Positions 1 to 8,752 of a stretch of DNA of 64,000 bases are shown here, piece after piece. The notes below the pieces were generated by a model. It searched no databases. It saw only the letters and a program-made list of their open reading frames with translations, and had not been told where the DNA came from. The first letter of the stretch is position 1; every line of letters begins with the position of its first letter. Made by a program: the position numbers and the translations under genes. This DNA comes from an uncultured delta proteobacterium (lineage in GTDB: Bacteria > Myxococcota_A > Polyangia > Polyangiales > Polyangiaceae), in contig CAWKKR010000005.1 of the NCBI GenBank assembly GCA_963850305.1, positions 320,001-384,000 of the forward strand. Direction: 5' to 3'.

Positions 1-2
1 AT

Positions 3-758
3 CGTCGCCTGCGGGAGCTCGATCAGGCGCGACGCGAGTTCTACCGCAACCTTTCTCACGAACTTGCCACGCCCATGACCCCCATCGTCGGATACGTGCG
101 GTTGCTCTCGGACGGCGAGCTCGGTTCGCTGACTCCGCCGCAGCTCAAGGCGGTTCGCGCCGTCGATGAATGCGCGCAACGTCTGCGAGGTCTCATCGAT
201 AACCTGCTCGACGTCACGGCGCTCGAGACGGGGCGCATGCGCTTTCTGGTGCGGGAGTACGACTTCGCGGACACCGTTCGGAAGACGCTTCGTCGCTTTC
301 AGAGCGCGTTCCTGGCGCGGAACCTGCGCCTCGCGCTCGAGGTCCCCGAGGCGCTCGCCGGTTTCGGCGACGCGGCGCGCCTCGGTCGGGCCGTGAGCGA
401 GATGCTGGACAACGCCGGCAAGTTCACGCCGGAAGGAGGAGCGGTCGGGGTCCGCCTCCGCCGCCGCGCGTCGAACCAGTTCGAGCTGTGCATCGCGGAC
501 AGCGGTCCGGGTGTGCCGAAATCCGCCGCGGACAGGCTCTTCGAGCCTTTCTACCAGGCCGACGGTTCTGTTACTCGCGCGTACGGCGGCGCCGGCGTGG
601 GGCTCGCCATCGTCCGGGGCGTGGCCGACGGCCATGGAGGCGACGTACGGGTCGCGTCGCCGGCCGACGAGCAGATTGGCGGGGTTCGATTCACGGGAGC
701 TGCATTTTATCTGGTGATAGCCGAGTCCGCCCCGGAGCCCATCGTTCCGGCTCAGTGA
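3..758 (+). CDS. Sensor histidine kinase, C-terminal part (HisKA + HATPase); 5' truncated by window edge
   Basis: Frame is open from nt 3. H-box SHELATPMTPI, N-box EMLDNAGKFT, G1 IADSGPGV, F-box LFEPFYQ, G2 GAGVGLAIV. Confidence 0.93.
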   Translation, partial: RRLRELDQARREFYRNLSHELATPMTPIVGYVRLLSDGELGSLTPPQLKAVRAVDECAQRLRGLIDNLLDVTALETGRMRFLVREYDFADTVRKTLRRFQSAFLARNLRLALEVPEALAGFGDAARLGRAVSEMLDNAGKFTPEGGAVGVRLRRRASNQFELCIADSGPGVPKSAADRLFEPFYQADGSVTRAYGGAGVGLAIVRGVADGHGGDVRVASPADEQIGGVRFTGAAFYLVIAESAPEPIVPAQ

Positions 759-1882
759 GCGGTCGCTTGTCGAAAACGAGCATCTATCTGGATTGGAATG
801 CGACGACACCGCCGCATCCGGATGTCATCGACGCGATGCAGGCAGCAGCGCGGACGGCATGGGGAAATCCGGCAAGCACGCACCGCGACGGCCGTCGAGC
901 GCGCGACGTCGTCGAAAGCGCGCGCGAAGTGGTAGCCGGGTTGCTGGCCGTCCCCTCGCGGGACGTGGTCTTCACTTCGGGTGCCACAGAGGCCAATAAT
1001 CTGGCGCTCAGGTCGGCGCGCGCGCTGATAACGAGCCGGCTGGAGCACCCCTCGGTCGTTCGCGTCGCAGAGGCGCTCGAACGTGAGGGACGCCCCGTCG
1101 CGTGGGTGCGAGTCCCCCCTTCGGGCAGAATCGAGCCCGACGACGTTCGTGCGGCCCTGTTGCGTATTGGCTCTGACGCGATCGTCGCCCTCATGGCGGC
1201 GAACCACGAGACGGGCGTGCTGCAGCCGCTTCGCGAAGTGGCGATCATCGCAAAGGAGGCCGGAGCCAGGCTTCACGTCGACGCCGTCCAGGCGGCAGGC
1301 AAAGTCACCCCCGATGAGTGGCGGCATGGTGATTCCTTCAGTCTGGCGGCGCACAAGCTCAGAGGACCGAAAGGGATCGGCGCGCTCGTGATCGCTTCCG
1401 GGATCCTTCCGGCGCCGGTATTACTCGGCGGGAGTCAGGAACGGGGCCTGCGCCCCGGTACCGTCGATCCGGTGAGCGCCGCGGGCTTCGCAGCGGCGGT
1501 CCGACGCCTCGTTCGAGGGGGGCCGGAGCGCCACGCGAACCTCGGTGCCCTGCGGGATCGGGTCGAGCTGGCAGTTTCGCAGCTGGCTGACGTGAACGGC
1601 GTCGCGCCGCGGTTACCCCACGTCACCAATCTCTCCGTCCACGGCTGGTCCGGGGACGAGTTGGTCGCCGCGCTCGATCTTGCCGGCGTCGCGGTGTCGG
1701 CCGGAAGCGCGTGCAGCGCGGGGACATCCAGCCCATCGCCGGTGATCACGGCGATGGCAGGGACGGAGCGCGCGAAAGGTGCGATCCGGATCAGCCTAGG
1801 CGACGAGACAACCTCGGAAAACGTGGATCTAGCGATTTCGCTGTTGGTTCGAATTGTTACGGGACACCCATCCGCTGGCTGA
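755..1882 (+). CDS. iscS: Cysteine desulfurase (IscS/NifS group I)
   Basis: IYLDWNATTP, FTSGATEANN, HVDAVQA, PLP-lysine motif AAHKLRGPKG, catalytic Cys in SAGSACS. GTG 755 overlaps the upstream stop (GTGA). Confidence 0.9.
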   Translation: MSGRLSKTSIYLDWNATTPPHPDVIDAMQAAARTAWGNPASTHRDGRRARDVVESAREVVAGLLAVPSRDVVFTSGATEANNLALRSARALITSRLEHPSVVRVAEALEREGRPVAWVRVPPSGRIEPDDVRAALLRIGSDAIVALMAANHETGVLQPLREVAIIAKEAGARLHVDAVQAAGKVTPDEWRHGDSFSLAAHKLRGPKGIGALVIASGILPAPVLLGGSQERGLRPGTVDPVSAAGFAAAVRRLVRGGPERHANLGALRDRVELAVSQLADVNGVAPRLPHVTNLSVHGWSGDELVAALDLAGVAVSAGSACSAGTSSPSPVITAMAGTERAKGAIRISLGDETTSENVDLAISLLVRIVTGHPSAG

Positions 1883-2063
1883 GGCGTCACGCGAAGTCTT
1901 GTCCACCGGTCTGAGCGTCACCTCCGATATTCTCGCATAACCAAGCAGAATTGCTTCCGAAAGGGTCGGCGCCCTGGGATGCTGCGTCGATTCCACTCAA
2001 TGGAACGAACTGGATGCCTACATTGCAGGCGTTCAGTGATTCCAAGGATCTCCGAGGATGCCT

Positions 2064-2891
2064 TTAAGGCGTATCAGAACCCATTGATTTAACTCGATGA
2101 ATGAGTGTCGTATACAGGGCCACGGCGCACGCTGCAGAGGCGTTGAGGGAGTCGATGGGACCTCGCAACGTCAGCCGGGCCAGAGCGTTGCACCGACCCC
2201 GAACGGCGCGACCAAGCCCCTCGTGCTCGTTGCCCACAACCAGCACGGTCCGAGCTCCCAGGTCGACCTCATGCAGTGGGAGTGGGCCATCTGCGGCAAG
2301 ACCCACGACGTGAGCGCCCGAAGCCGCGGCGTCATCGAGGAAGTGGACCAGCGACGGCACCCTGCAAAGTCGCGCGTGCTCGACGGCGCCTGCCGATGCG
2401 CGGAACGTAGCAGGGGTCAAGGGCGCCGACGAATGTTCCGGCCAAACGATTGCCGTTGCCCCGAGCGCGACCGCGCTTCGGATGGCAGCGCCGAAGTTCT
2501 GCGGATCTTGAATGCCGTCGAGGGCGACGGCCAGCAGATTCGGGTCCGTGAGCACCTGCGCAGAAGAGGCCATCGAGAGCGCTGGTGCCCATGCGGCTGC
2601 CCCCTGGTGAGCCGTTCCAGCGGCCAGCTCATCCAGTACCCCACGCGTGACCCGTTCGACTTTCGGCACACGCTGGGCCTCGGCGAACCGCGCCAAGGCG
2701 TCGAGGCGACCCCCGGCGTCACCCGAGGGGTGCTCGACGAGAACGCCGCCAAGGGCCGGACCGTGGACGCGTACGGCCTCGCGCACAGGCTGCAACCCGA
2801 GCACCAGTCGCGGTGCCGCCGGATGAGGCGACTCGACCACTGCTCGCGCCCGGGCCTGAAGCGGCGCGCCCCGCCGGTCGCCACGGTTCAT
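2064..2891 (-). CDS. rlmB: TrmH/SpoU-family RNA 2'-O-methyltransferase, RlmB-like
   Basis: HQG, LDGIQDPQNFGAAIRSA, ASAGA, VGNEHEGL and SLNASAA SPOUT motifs. Start set at ATG 2891. Confidence 0.85.
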   Translation of the reverse strand: MNRGDRRGAPLQARARAVVESPHPAAPRLVLGLQPVREAVRVHGPALGGVLVEHPSGDAGGRLDALARFAEAQRVPKVERVTRGVLDELAAGTAHQGAAAWAPALSMASSAQVLTDPNLLAVALDGIQDPQNFGAAIRSAVALGATAIVWPEHSSAPLTPATFRASAGAVEHARLCRVPSLVHFLDDAAASGAHVVGLAADGPLPLHEVDLGARTVLVVGNEHEGLGRAVRGRCNALARLTLRGPIDSLNASAACAVALYTTLIHRVKSMGSDTP

Positions 2892-2928
2892 CGCCCTGGG
2901 ACACGAGACGAGTGCGCTGGAAGCACCC

Positions 2929-3699
2929 TCAGAAACACGAGCACAACGGGTCGCCGGGTGTGCAGTTGCAGGCTGCCTTCGGCTTCGGGGAGCTGCTGCC
3001 GCTGCTACCGCTGCTGCTGCTTCCTGCACTCCTGAGGCCCTTCTGGGCCGCCTTCGTGGTTTCCTGGGCCTTCTGGAGCTCGGCCTGGATCCGAGCCCGA
3101 TCTGCCTCGTCTTTTGCGTTGTTCAACGCAGACTTCAGATCGGCCTCCTTCTGTTCGGACTGCTTCACGGCGTCCTCGAGGCGGTCCTTCTCCTGCTCGG
3201 CCGCCTGGGCGCGGGCTTCGAGGGCCGCCTTCTCCAGATTTGCCTGATCGTTGTGTTTCTTGAAGGCGATCCCGCCGCCGACGACGGCTGCGACCAGGAT
3301 GAACGCGACGACGCCAATCGTGATCTGAAGCTTTTTCTTGTGTTCGTCCTGGTTGATCGAAGCAAGTTGCGCCTCGTGCGCCTGTTGCTGAGCCATCGTC
3401 TCCAGCCGGCTCCGGTGCTCCACGTCGGCCTTCGCCTTTTCGATCTCGGCGTGGCGGATTGCTTCGAGTCGGGCCGCTTCTTCGCGCTTGCGAAGCTCTT
3501 CCGCGCGGCGTCGCTCTTCTTCTTCGCGAAGGCGCCGCTCCTCTGCGTCACGCGATGCACGCTCGGCTGCTTCTTTTGCCTCGAAGTCCGCCCGGATCCG
3601 CTTCGCCTTCTCCGCTTCCTCTTCGCGGATCCTGTCCTCCTCGAGGTTCATCAGCTCCTTGAGGGAGAAGAGAACCGAGCTTTCCTTCTGTTCGGCCAT
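2929..3699 (-). CDS. Coiled-coil single-pass membrane protein with Cys-rich C-terminal tip
   Basis: E/R/K-rich coiled coil, TM ITIGVVAFILVAAVVGGGIAF, second coiled coil, Ser linker, ends CNCTPGDPLCSCF. AGGAG upstream of the start. Confidence 0.85.
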   Translation of the reverse strand: MAEQKESSVLFSLKELMNLEEDRIREEEAEKAKRIRADFEAKEAAERASRDAEERRLREEEERRRAEELRKREEAARLEAIRHAEIEKAKADVEHRSRLETMAQQQAHEAQLASINQDEHKKKLQITIGVVAFILVAAVVGGGIAFKKHNDQANLEKAALEARAQAAEQEKDRLEDAVKQSEQKEADLKSALNNAKDEADRARIQAELQKAQETTKAAQKGLRSAGSSSSGSSGSSSPKPKAACNCTPGDPLCSCF

Positions 3700-3892
3700 T
3701 CGTCAGCATCACTCCTGGGGCGTGAAAAAAGAGAGAACCCTGGGCTCCATCGAGGCCGATAGCATACCCGGGCGCGCCGTCGTTCGCTCACAACTGTACT
3801 CGAAGTTCCCTCGGGAGCCCAGCCGTGTGTGAGCCGGTTCGCCGGCGCCCGACTGGCGAGGGGCGGTCTCGTCGGTGTAGAGTCGCCGTCCG

Positions 3893-4108
3893 ATGGCCGT
3901 CGAGGTTGCCGCCCACATCACCGGAACCGTGTGGAAGATCCAGGTCAAGGTGGGAGAGCAGGTGCAAGAGGAACAACCACTCGTCATTCTCGAATCCATG
4001 AAGATGGAGATGCCAGTCGAGTCGCCGGTATCCGGGAAGGTTGCGTCAATTGTCGCGGCGGAGGGCCAGGCAGTCGAAGAAGGGGATGTGCTCTTGATCT
4101 TGGAGTGA
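3893..4108 (+). CDS. Stand-alone biotin/lipoyl carrier protein
   Basis: 71 aa; GTVWKI..VG..V, LESMKME biotinylation motif, SPVSGKV, G..V..GD.L. Confidence 0.92.
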   Translation: MAVEVAAHITGTVWKIQVKVGEQVQEEQPLVILESMKMEMPVESPVSGKVASIVAAEGQAVEEGDVLLILE

Positions 4109-4172
4109 CGGCTCCGCCGGGGTCTTGACGTTCGATGGCCGGCCGGTAGCGTCGAAGAGATTGGCAGACAAC

Positions 4173-4739
4173 ATGATGCGCTCCGCAACATCGGTAATCC
4201 TCGTCGCGGTCGCGATGGGCGCGTGCGCGTCGCCCCAGACACCCGGGGGACCCGGGGCCGCCTGTTATCGCTTCGAAGACTGCAGGGAGGGATACGTTTG
4301 CGTCAGGAACGCCTGTACGAACAATCTCCGAGACTCCGGGATCGTCGGGCAATCGCCGGCCGAGGGGACTGGTGGTGCGGCCGAGACCGACGCCAGCTCG
4401 CTCGGCGGCGCCCCGTCGCTCGACGGATCCGGTCCGGCGGCGGGAGGCTCGGGCGCCTCCGGCGGTGCGGGCGGCATGACCGCGGGAGGTGGCGGAAGCG
4501 GGACGGGCGGTGCCGCTCCTGCTGGGGGAGCGACCGGTGTCGGGGGAACCCCCGCCAGCGGCGGTGCCAGCGGCAGCGGCGGTATCCCGGGTGCAGGCGG
4601 AGCACCGAGCTCCGGTGGCGTGACCGGTAGCGGCGGAGCGAGCGGCACCGGTGGCACCCTGGATACTGGGGGAAGCTCGGGAACCGGAGGTGCGGAGTCC
4701 GGGGGGACTTCAGCCACGGGCGGCGCCGACGCGGGCTAA
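4173..4739 (+). CDS. Gly-rich lipoprotein with a small Cys domain
   Basis: Lipobox AMGAC, then CYRFEDCREGYVCVRNAC, then a long G/S/A/T low-complexity tail. Confidence 0.75.
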   Translation: MMRSATSVILVAVAMGACASPQTPGGPGAACYRFEDCREGYVCVRNACTNNLRDSGIVGQSPAEGTGGAAETDASSLGGAPSLDGSGPAAGGSGASGGAGGMTAGGGGSGTGGAAPAGGATGVGGTPASGGASGSGGIPGAGGAPSSGGVTGSGGASGTGGTLDTGGSSGTGGAESGGTSATGGADAG

Positions 4740-4851
4740 GGGCGTACGGAAGCACCGAATACAGACGACGTCATCGATGGTAACCGCGCTCCTGGAGGCG
4801 CTCTCAATCACCCGCACACCCGTCCTCCACGGCCGCCGAAACGTAGTCGCG

Positions 4852-5505
4852 ATGCGCAAGTCGAGAGGGATGCGTGCGGCTCTCGTGGTGGGGGCTTCGG
4901 TTCTTGGCGCGTCGTGGTTCGGCTGCAGTTCGCCCAGGTCGCCGGCGCGCGCGCCAGGTTCAGGGCAGGCGGCCATCTGCGGTGTTGACGAGACGCGCGA
5001 GTACTATTGCGAAGACCTGCTCCCGCTGAGTTCGAGCATGCCGGCGCCATCACCCTATCAAGCGTGCCCCGCGAGTATCGATGAACCTTCCGGGGTTTAC
5101 GATCCGCCTGCGACCATCGGCCTCTTCGACACGAGCTATACGGAGTACATCCGGAAGCGTGCGCCTCCGGGTCACGCATGTTGCTTCAGCTGGTGCAGCC
5201 ACGTGAAGGTCGCGGATCCGCGAGCTCCGTCGATACGACAGGCGTGTCAAATGGCGACCGCATTCCGCGAGCAATATTGCATGGCGGAACCGGAGAGCGG
5301 CACGACGCTTCCCGCCGCGGCCCCGTTCAACCGGTGTCCAGCGGCCATTGTCCCGCCCGCTCGCGCCGTCTTCGCCGTTCCTCCGGCGGCGCCCTTCGAC
5401 TTTCAGCTGACGGCGAGCCATCGCGGCAAAGGAGAGGCGGACTGTTGCTATGCCTGGTGTTCAGAAGCGCCCGCCGGGAGTGGCCTTCAGCGGCAACAAC
5501 CCTAG
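4852..5505 (+). CDS. Cys-rich lipoprotein with an internally duplicated domain
   Basis: Signal peptide ending SWFGC. Two copies of REyYC..CPAaI..CCy/fxWCS. Exact start uncertain (4852 or 4870). Confidence 0.75.
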   Translation: MRKSRGMRAALVVGASVLGASWFGCSSPRSPARAPGSGQAAICGVDETREYYCEDLLPLSSSMPAPSPYQACPASIDEPSGVYDPPATIGLFDTSYTEYIRKRAPPGHACCFSWCSHVKVADPRAPSIRQACQMATAFREQYCMAEPESGTTLPAAAPFNRCPAAIVPPARAVFAVPPAAPFDFQLTASHRGKGEADCCYAWCSEAPAGSGLQRQQP

Positions 5506-5513
5506 AGAGGCGT

Positions 5514-6272
5514 TCAGCTGGGGCCGGAGGGTCTCGGTCGGAGCTTTCGCCACCGTTGCCAGAACGTGAGGAGGAGGGCAACCAGCGCGAGGTCCAGAAT
5601 CGCGACGACTCCGACTCCCATCCGAACGTGCTTCGCATTTTCACGGGTGCCGGCGAGCGGACCGACGTACGCCACGTCGCGCGGAGTGAAGCCGGTTGCG
5701 CGCGTGTTCACGACCGCGACATCGTCCGCCGACAGCCCCGCTACCGCGAAAGCAACGAGTCGCTTCACGTCCATGTCGACCAGGGGCGGCCGCGAGCCAC
5801 GATATCGAATCAAGACCGATGCGTGGGGCCTGGGCACGACATCGTCTGGTGCGAGCGCGTCGGCTGCGGGCGCTGCCAGATGAACATGGGCCGCGATCAC
5901 GCCGTCGGTAGCCTCGAGCGATCGCTCGAGAGCGGTGGCGACGTTGTCCATCAAGCGTGCGTGCTCGGCTTCACGGCTGGGGACGAGCGCACCGGTATCG
6001 CGGGTCGCGCCGGTGCGTGCGGCCACTCCCTCGTCGAGGAGAATGCGAACCGCTTGCGCAACGTCGTCCCGCGGCACCTCGACGCGATATTGGTTCGGGC
6101 CGCTGGCCTGTGCGAATTTCTCTCCGACGATGCCGCTCGCATCGAGCGCAGCGACGACGTGGTTCGCTTTCGCTTCGTCGACGTCGGCGACGATCGGGAC
6201 CGTGCACGCCGCCAGCACCGTCCCCGCGAGGAGCGCAGCCCCGATCGTGCGTGCGAGGCGCGCGGTGATCAC
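5514..6272 (-). CDS. sctJ: SctJ/YscJ/HrcJ-family (T3SS inner-membrane ring, FliF-like) lipoprotein
   Basis: Lipobox LAAC, DEAKANHVVAALDASGI, LVPSREAEHAR, LERSLEATDGVIAAHVHL, ASVLIRY, VKRLVAFAVAGLSADDVAVV, C-terminal TM. GTGA overlap with the upstream stop. Confidence 0.85.
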   Translation of the reverse strand: MITARLARTIGAALLAGTVLAACTVPIVADVDEAKANHVVAALDASGIVGEKFAQASGPNQYRVEVPRDDVAQAVRILLDEGVAARTGATRDTGALVPSREAEHARLMDNVATALERSLEATDGVIAAHVHLAAPAADALAPDDVVPRPHASVLIRYRGSRPPLVDMDVKRLVAFAVAGLSADDVAVVNTRATGFTPRDVAYVGPLAGTRENAKHVRMGVGVVAILDLALVALLLTFWQRWRKLRPRPSGPS

Positions 6273-7804
6273 TGTGGCGCGAAACTCGTCCGGGTGACGT
6301 CGAGCTTCGCGTTGACGGGAAACGAAATCCCACGCACGTGCGAAGCGATGCACGACGCTGCGGCCGGACTGCTCGGCCTCGTGCGAACGCTCACGCCGAC
6401 GGCGCGCCCATTCTGGACCGCGACGCACACATCTACTCCTGTACTCGACGGCAGTCCGCAGCCGTTCAGGTAGGAGCCGCCGTTCAAGATCGCCCCGTAC
6501 TGGGACTGGGTGATGTCGGCGGGGACCTTCGCTCCGCCGATGTTGATCTCCTCGACGTACGCGGCCTGTGCCGCCTCACAGCTCATGCCGCCCGCGAGGA
6601 TCGGCACGCCTCCCTGCTCGCCGATGACGCGGTGCCCGCCCTTGTGACCGCGTCCCTTGCCGATGTTCAGGTTCCCCTCTGCCTCGACGTTGGTCACGGT
6701 GTCAGATTGCACCGCGACCTCGTCCGTGCGCGTCCCCGCTTTCACCAGGAACCACGTGGCACCGGCGATCATCAGGACGCCGATGGCGGTGAGCCCGATC
6801 AATGCCTTGCCACGGGTGCTCTTTTTCTCTATCTCGACGGTCTTCTCGATAGCGACCTTTTCGGCAACGATGTCCCGGTGCCTGCGCGCGTGCTCGGCGA
6901 AGGGCGCGAATTCGTCCCAGTTCGCGATCGGGCGCTCCGCTTGCGAGAACGCGTCGCGAAGCAGATCCTTCTCCGTGAAGGTGTTGTTCGCGATCTGTTG
7001 CAACAGTTCGACGGCGTTGAATGGACCGTGATCCATACCCTCGCGGATCACCACGTAGCGCGGCCGTGGGTCGCTCTCGAGGCGTTGTTTCAGCTCGGTC
7101 AGAGCGCCCGTTGCTTGATCGACTCCCGTCGGTCGGCTCGGTAACGCCGTGACGTCAGCGCCGAACTGCGGCGCCGACGCGGGCATGCTCTTCTTCGGCA
7201 AGGGAGGCACCATCGACATCGAGACATCGACCTCGAAGTTCTCGTCGCCATCGAGGTGCGAAGTGTCGCCGGATGGTGGCGGGTGACTTCCGGTCGGAGA
7301 AAGCTGGTGAAACGCAACGGCGAGAGCCTTCAGATCGTCCGGTCGGTGTGTGGGGTCCACGACGAGCGCCTTCGCAAGGATCATGTCCAGCTCGGCGGGG
7401 AGCGTGGGCACGATATCGCTCGGGCGCCGCATGCCGGGGCCCACGTTCTGTCCGGTGCAGAGCTCGTAAAGGAGCGCGCCGATCGCGTAGACGCTGGCGC
7501 GGGCGTCACCGGGCCGGCCATCGCGCTCCTCGGGCGCCATGCAGGAGAGATCGCGCGGCGTCGTCGGCGGCTTGCGAGACTGCGCCGTCGAGAGCTGAAA
7601 TCCTCCGTCGCCATCCATCACGATGCTCGACGGATGCAAAAAGAATCTCTCCCCCGCAGCGTGTCGCTGAGCAAGCTCGACCGCAAGCGGGACCAGAATC
7701 CCGGTCGCCTCGCTCAACGCATACGCTCTTCCCTTCGCGCGTCGTTCGTCGATCTGATTGCGTAACGTTCGTGCGGTTACCGAACTCGAGACGGCCGGAT
7801 TCAT
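6269..7804 (-). CDS. Pseudokinase C-lobe + GYF-like domain + TM + periplasmic AgmX/TonB-C-like domain protein
   Basis: MAPEE, SVYAIGALLYELCTG and KAL..DP..RP are present, but HRD, DFG and the N-lobe are not. YVVIREGMDHGPF..ELLQQI is GYF-like. One TM, then a C-terminal domain with CIASHVRGISFP. Confidence 0.75.
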   Translation of the reverse strand: MNPAVSSSVTARTLRNQIDERRAKGRAYALSEATGILVPLAVELAQRHAAGERFFLHPSSIVMDGDGGFQLSTAQSRKPPTTPRDLSCMAPEERDGRPGDARASVYAIGALLYELCTGQNVGPGMRRPSDIVPTLPAELDMILAKALVVDPTHRPDDLKALAVAFHQLSPTGSHPPPSGDTSHLDGDENFEVDVSMSMVPPLPKKSMPASAPQFGADVTALPSRPTGVDQATGALTELKQRLESDPRPRYVVIREGMDHGPFNAVELLQQIANNTFTEKDLLRDAFSQAERPIANWDEFAPFAEHARRHRDIVAEKVAIEKTVEIEKKSTRGKALIGLTAIGVLMIAGATWFLVKAGTRTDEVAVQSDTVTNVEAEGNLNIGKGRGHKGGHRVIGEQGGVPILAGGMSCEAAQAAYVEEINIGGAKVPADITQSQYGAILNGGSYLNGCGLPSSTGVDVCVAVQNGRAVGVSVRTRPSSPAAASCIASHVRGISFPVNAKLDVTRTSFAPQ

Positions 7805-7910
7805 GGACGGGGCGAGCAGTTTACAGCGCGGCGGCGGCTCCCCACGAAAGAAATGAAGCCCGCGCTCTTCCCTGTCACGCGGCGCTTCGCGCGCCGCGCC
7901 CTTTTTTGGG

Positions 7911-8624
7911 TCAAATCGGCGTTTCGTCCTCGTGAAGGCCGCCGTGCCAGGGGCTTCGACGGTGGACATACGTGCCGTCGACGAAACTTTTCAGCACAGG
8001 TGCGATGTTTCCCGGGGTGTCGTCCTCCCACTCGCCGCCATGAACGTAGTCTAGGGCATGACCGTCCGGCCCGAGGAGGACGAAGGCCGGGAAGGCATTC
8101 ATGGGAACTCCGAGTCTCGAGAGCTCCGCCAGGAATTCGACGGCGTTGAGTCGCACGATGCGGATGCTGCCGAGCGCGCGCTGGACCTGTGGACTCTTCA
8201 GGGCGGCCTCGACGGCGCTGCACGGCTTGCAGTCGTCCACGACGAGCCAGACGAGGAATCTTTCATGCTCGGCCGCAGCGAACGTTCGCTGTCTGGCAAG
8301 CTCGTCGTCGAGAGACCCGATTTGGGCTCCGATGTCCACCAGCGTGAGATAGCCGAAGTGGCGTTCCTGAACGGCGAGCGACGTTTCACCCGGGCCGTCG
8401 TCCAACCTATTTACGACCGCCACGCTCCGGTCCGCGGAGCGCGACGCGAGGGCCGCCCTGTGCTCGCGGCGGGTCGTCGCCGAGCCGACCGCAGCGACGA
8501 ACGCCACGCCGAAAAGGGACGCCAGGGTCGCCAGCACACCCGCCGCAACGGAGATGGTCGTCAATCGTGCACCCGAGAGCGTGCGCTCCGAAGCGGTGAG
8601 GTCGGGTCGGCATTCTCGGCGCAC
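7911..8624 (-). CDS. Membrane-anchored thioredoxin-fold protein
   Basis: N-terminal TM, CKPC motif, downstream cis-Pro-like FPAFVLL. Start GTG 8624 lies 6 nt after TATACT. Confidence 0.7.
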   Translation of the reverse strand: MRRECRPDLTASERTLSGARLTTISVAAGVLATLASLFGVAFVAAVGSATTRREHRAALASRSADRSVAVVNRLDDGPGETSLAVQERHFGYLTLVDIGAQIGSLDDELARQRTFAAAEHERFLVWLVVDDCKPCSAVEAALKSPQVQRALGSIRIVRLNAVEFLAELSRLGVPMNAFPAFVLLGPDGHALDYVHGGEWEDDTPGNIAPVLKSFVDGTYVHRRSPWHGGLHEDETPI

Positions 8625-8714
8625 GCCAAAAGTATAGTGTGAGAGGTGCGCGGACGCTCGCGGCACGCGTCGTGGTGGACTCGCGCGCCGGCCGGTGAAA
8701 TCAGGCTCCGCGCG

Positions 8715-8744
8715 TTGCGACTCACGGACGGCCCGTGTTAGCTT
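8715..8744 (+). promoter_or_regulatory. Putative sigma70 promoter of the giant TPR gene
   Basis: TTGCGA-N18-TAGCTT with extended TG, 8 nt before ATG 8753. Confidence 0.45.
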
Positions 8745-8752
8745 CGACGCGG

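Noticed and set aside
1883..2063. Lower-GC gap between convergent iscS and rlmB as a possible sRNA
   Set aside because: No recognisable RNA family, promoter or terminator.
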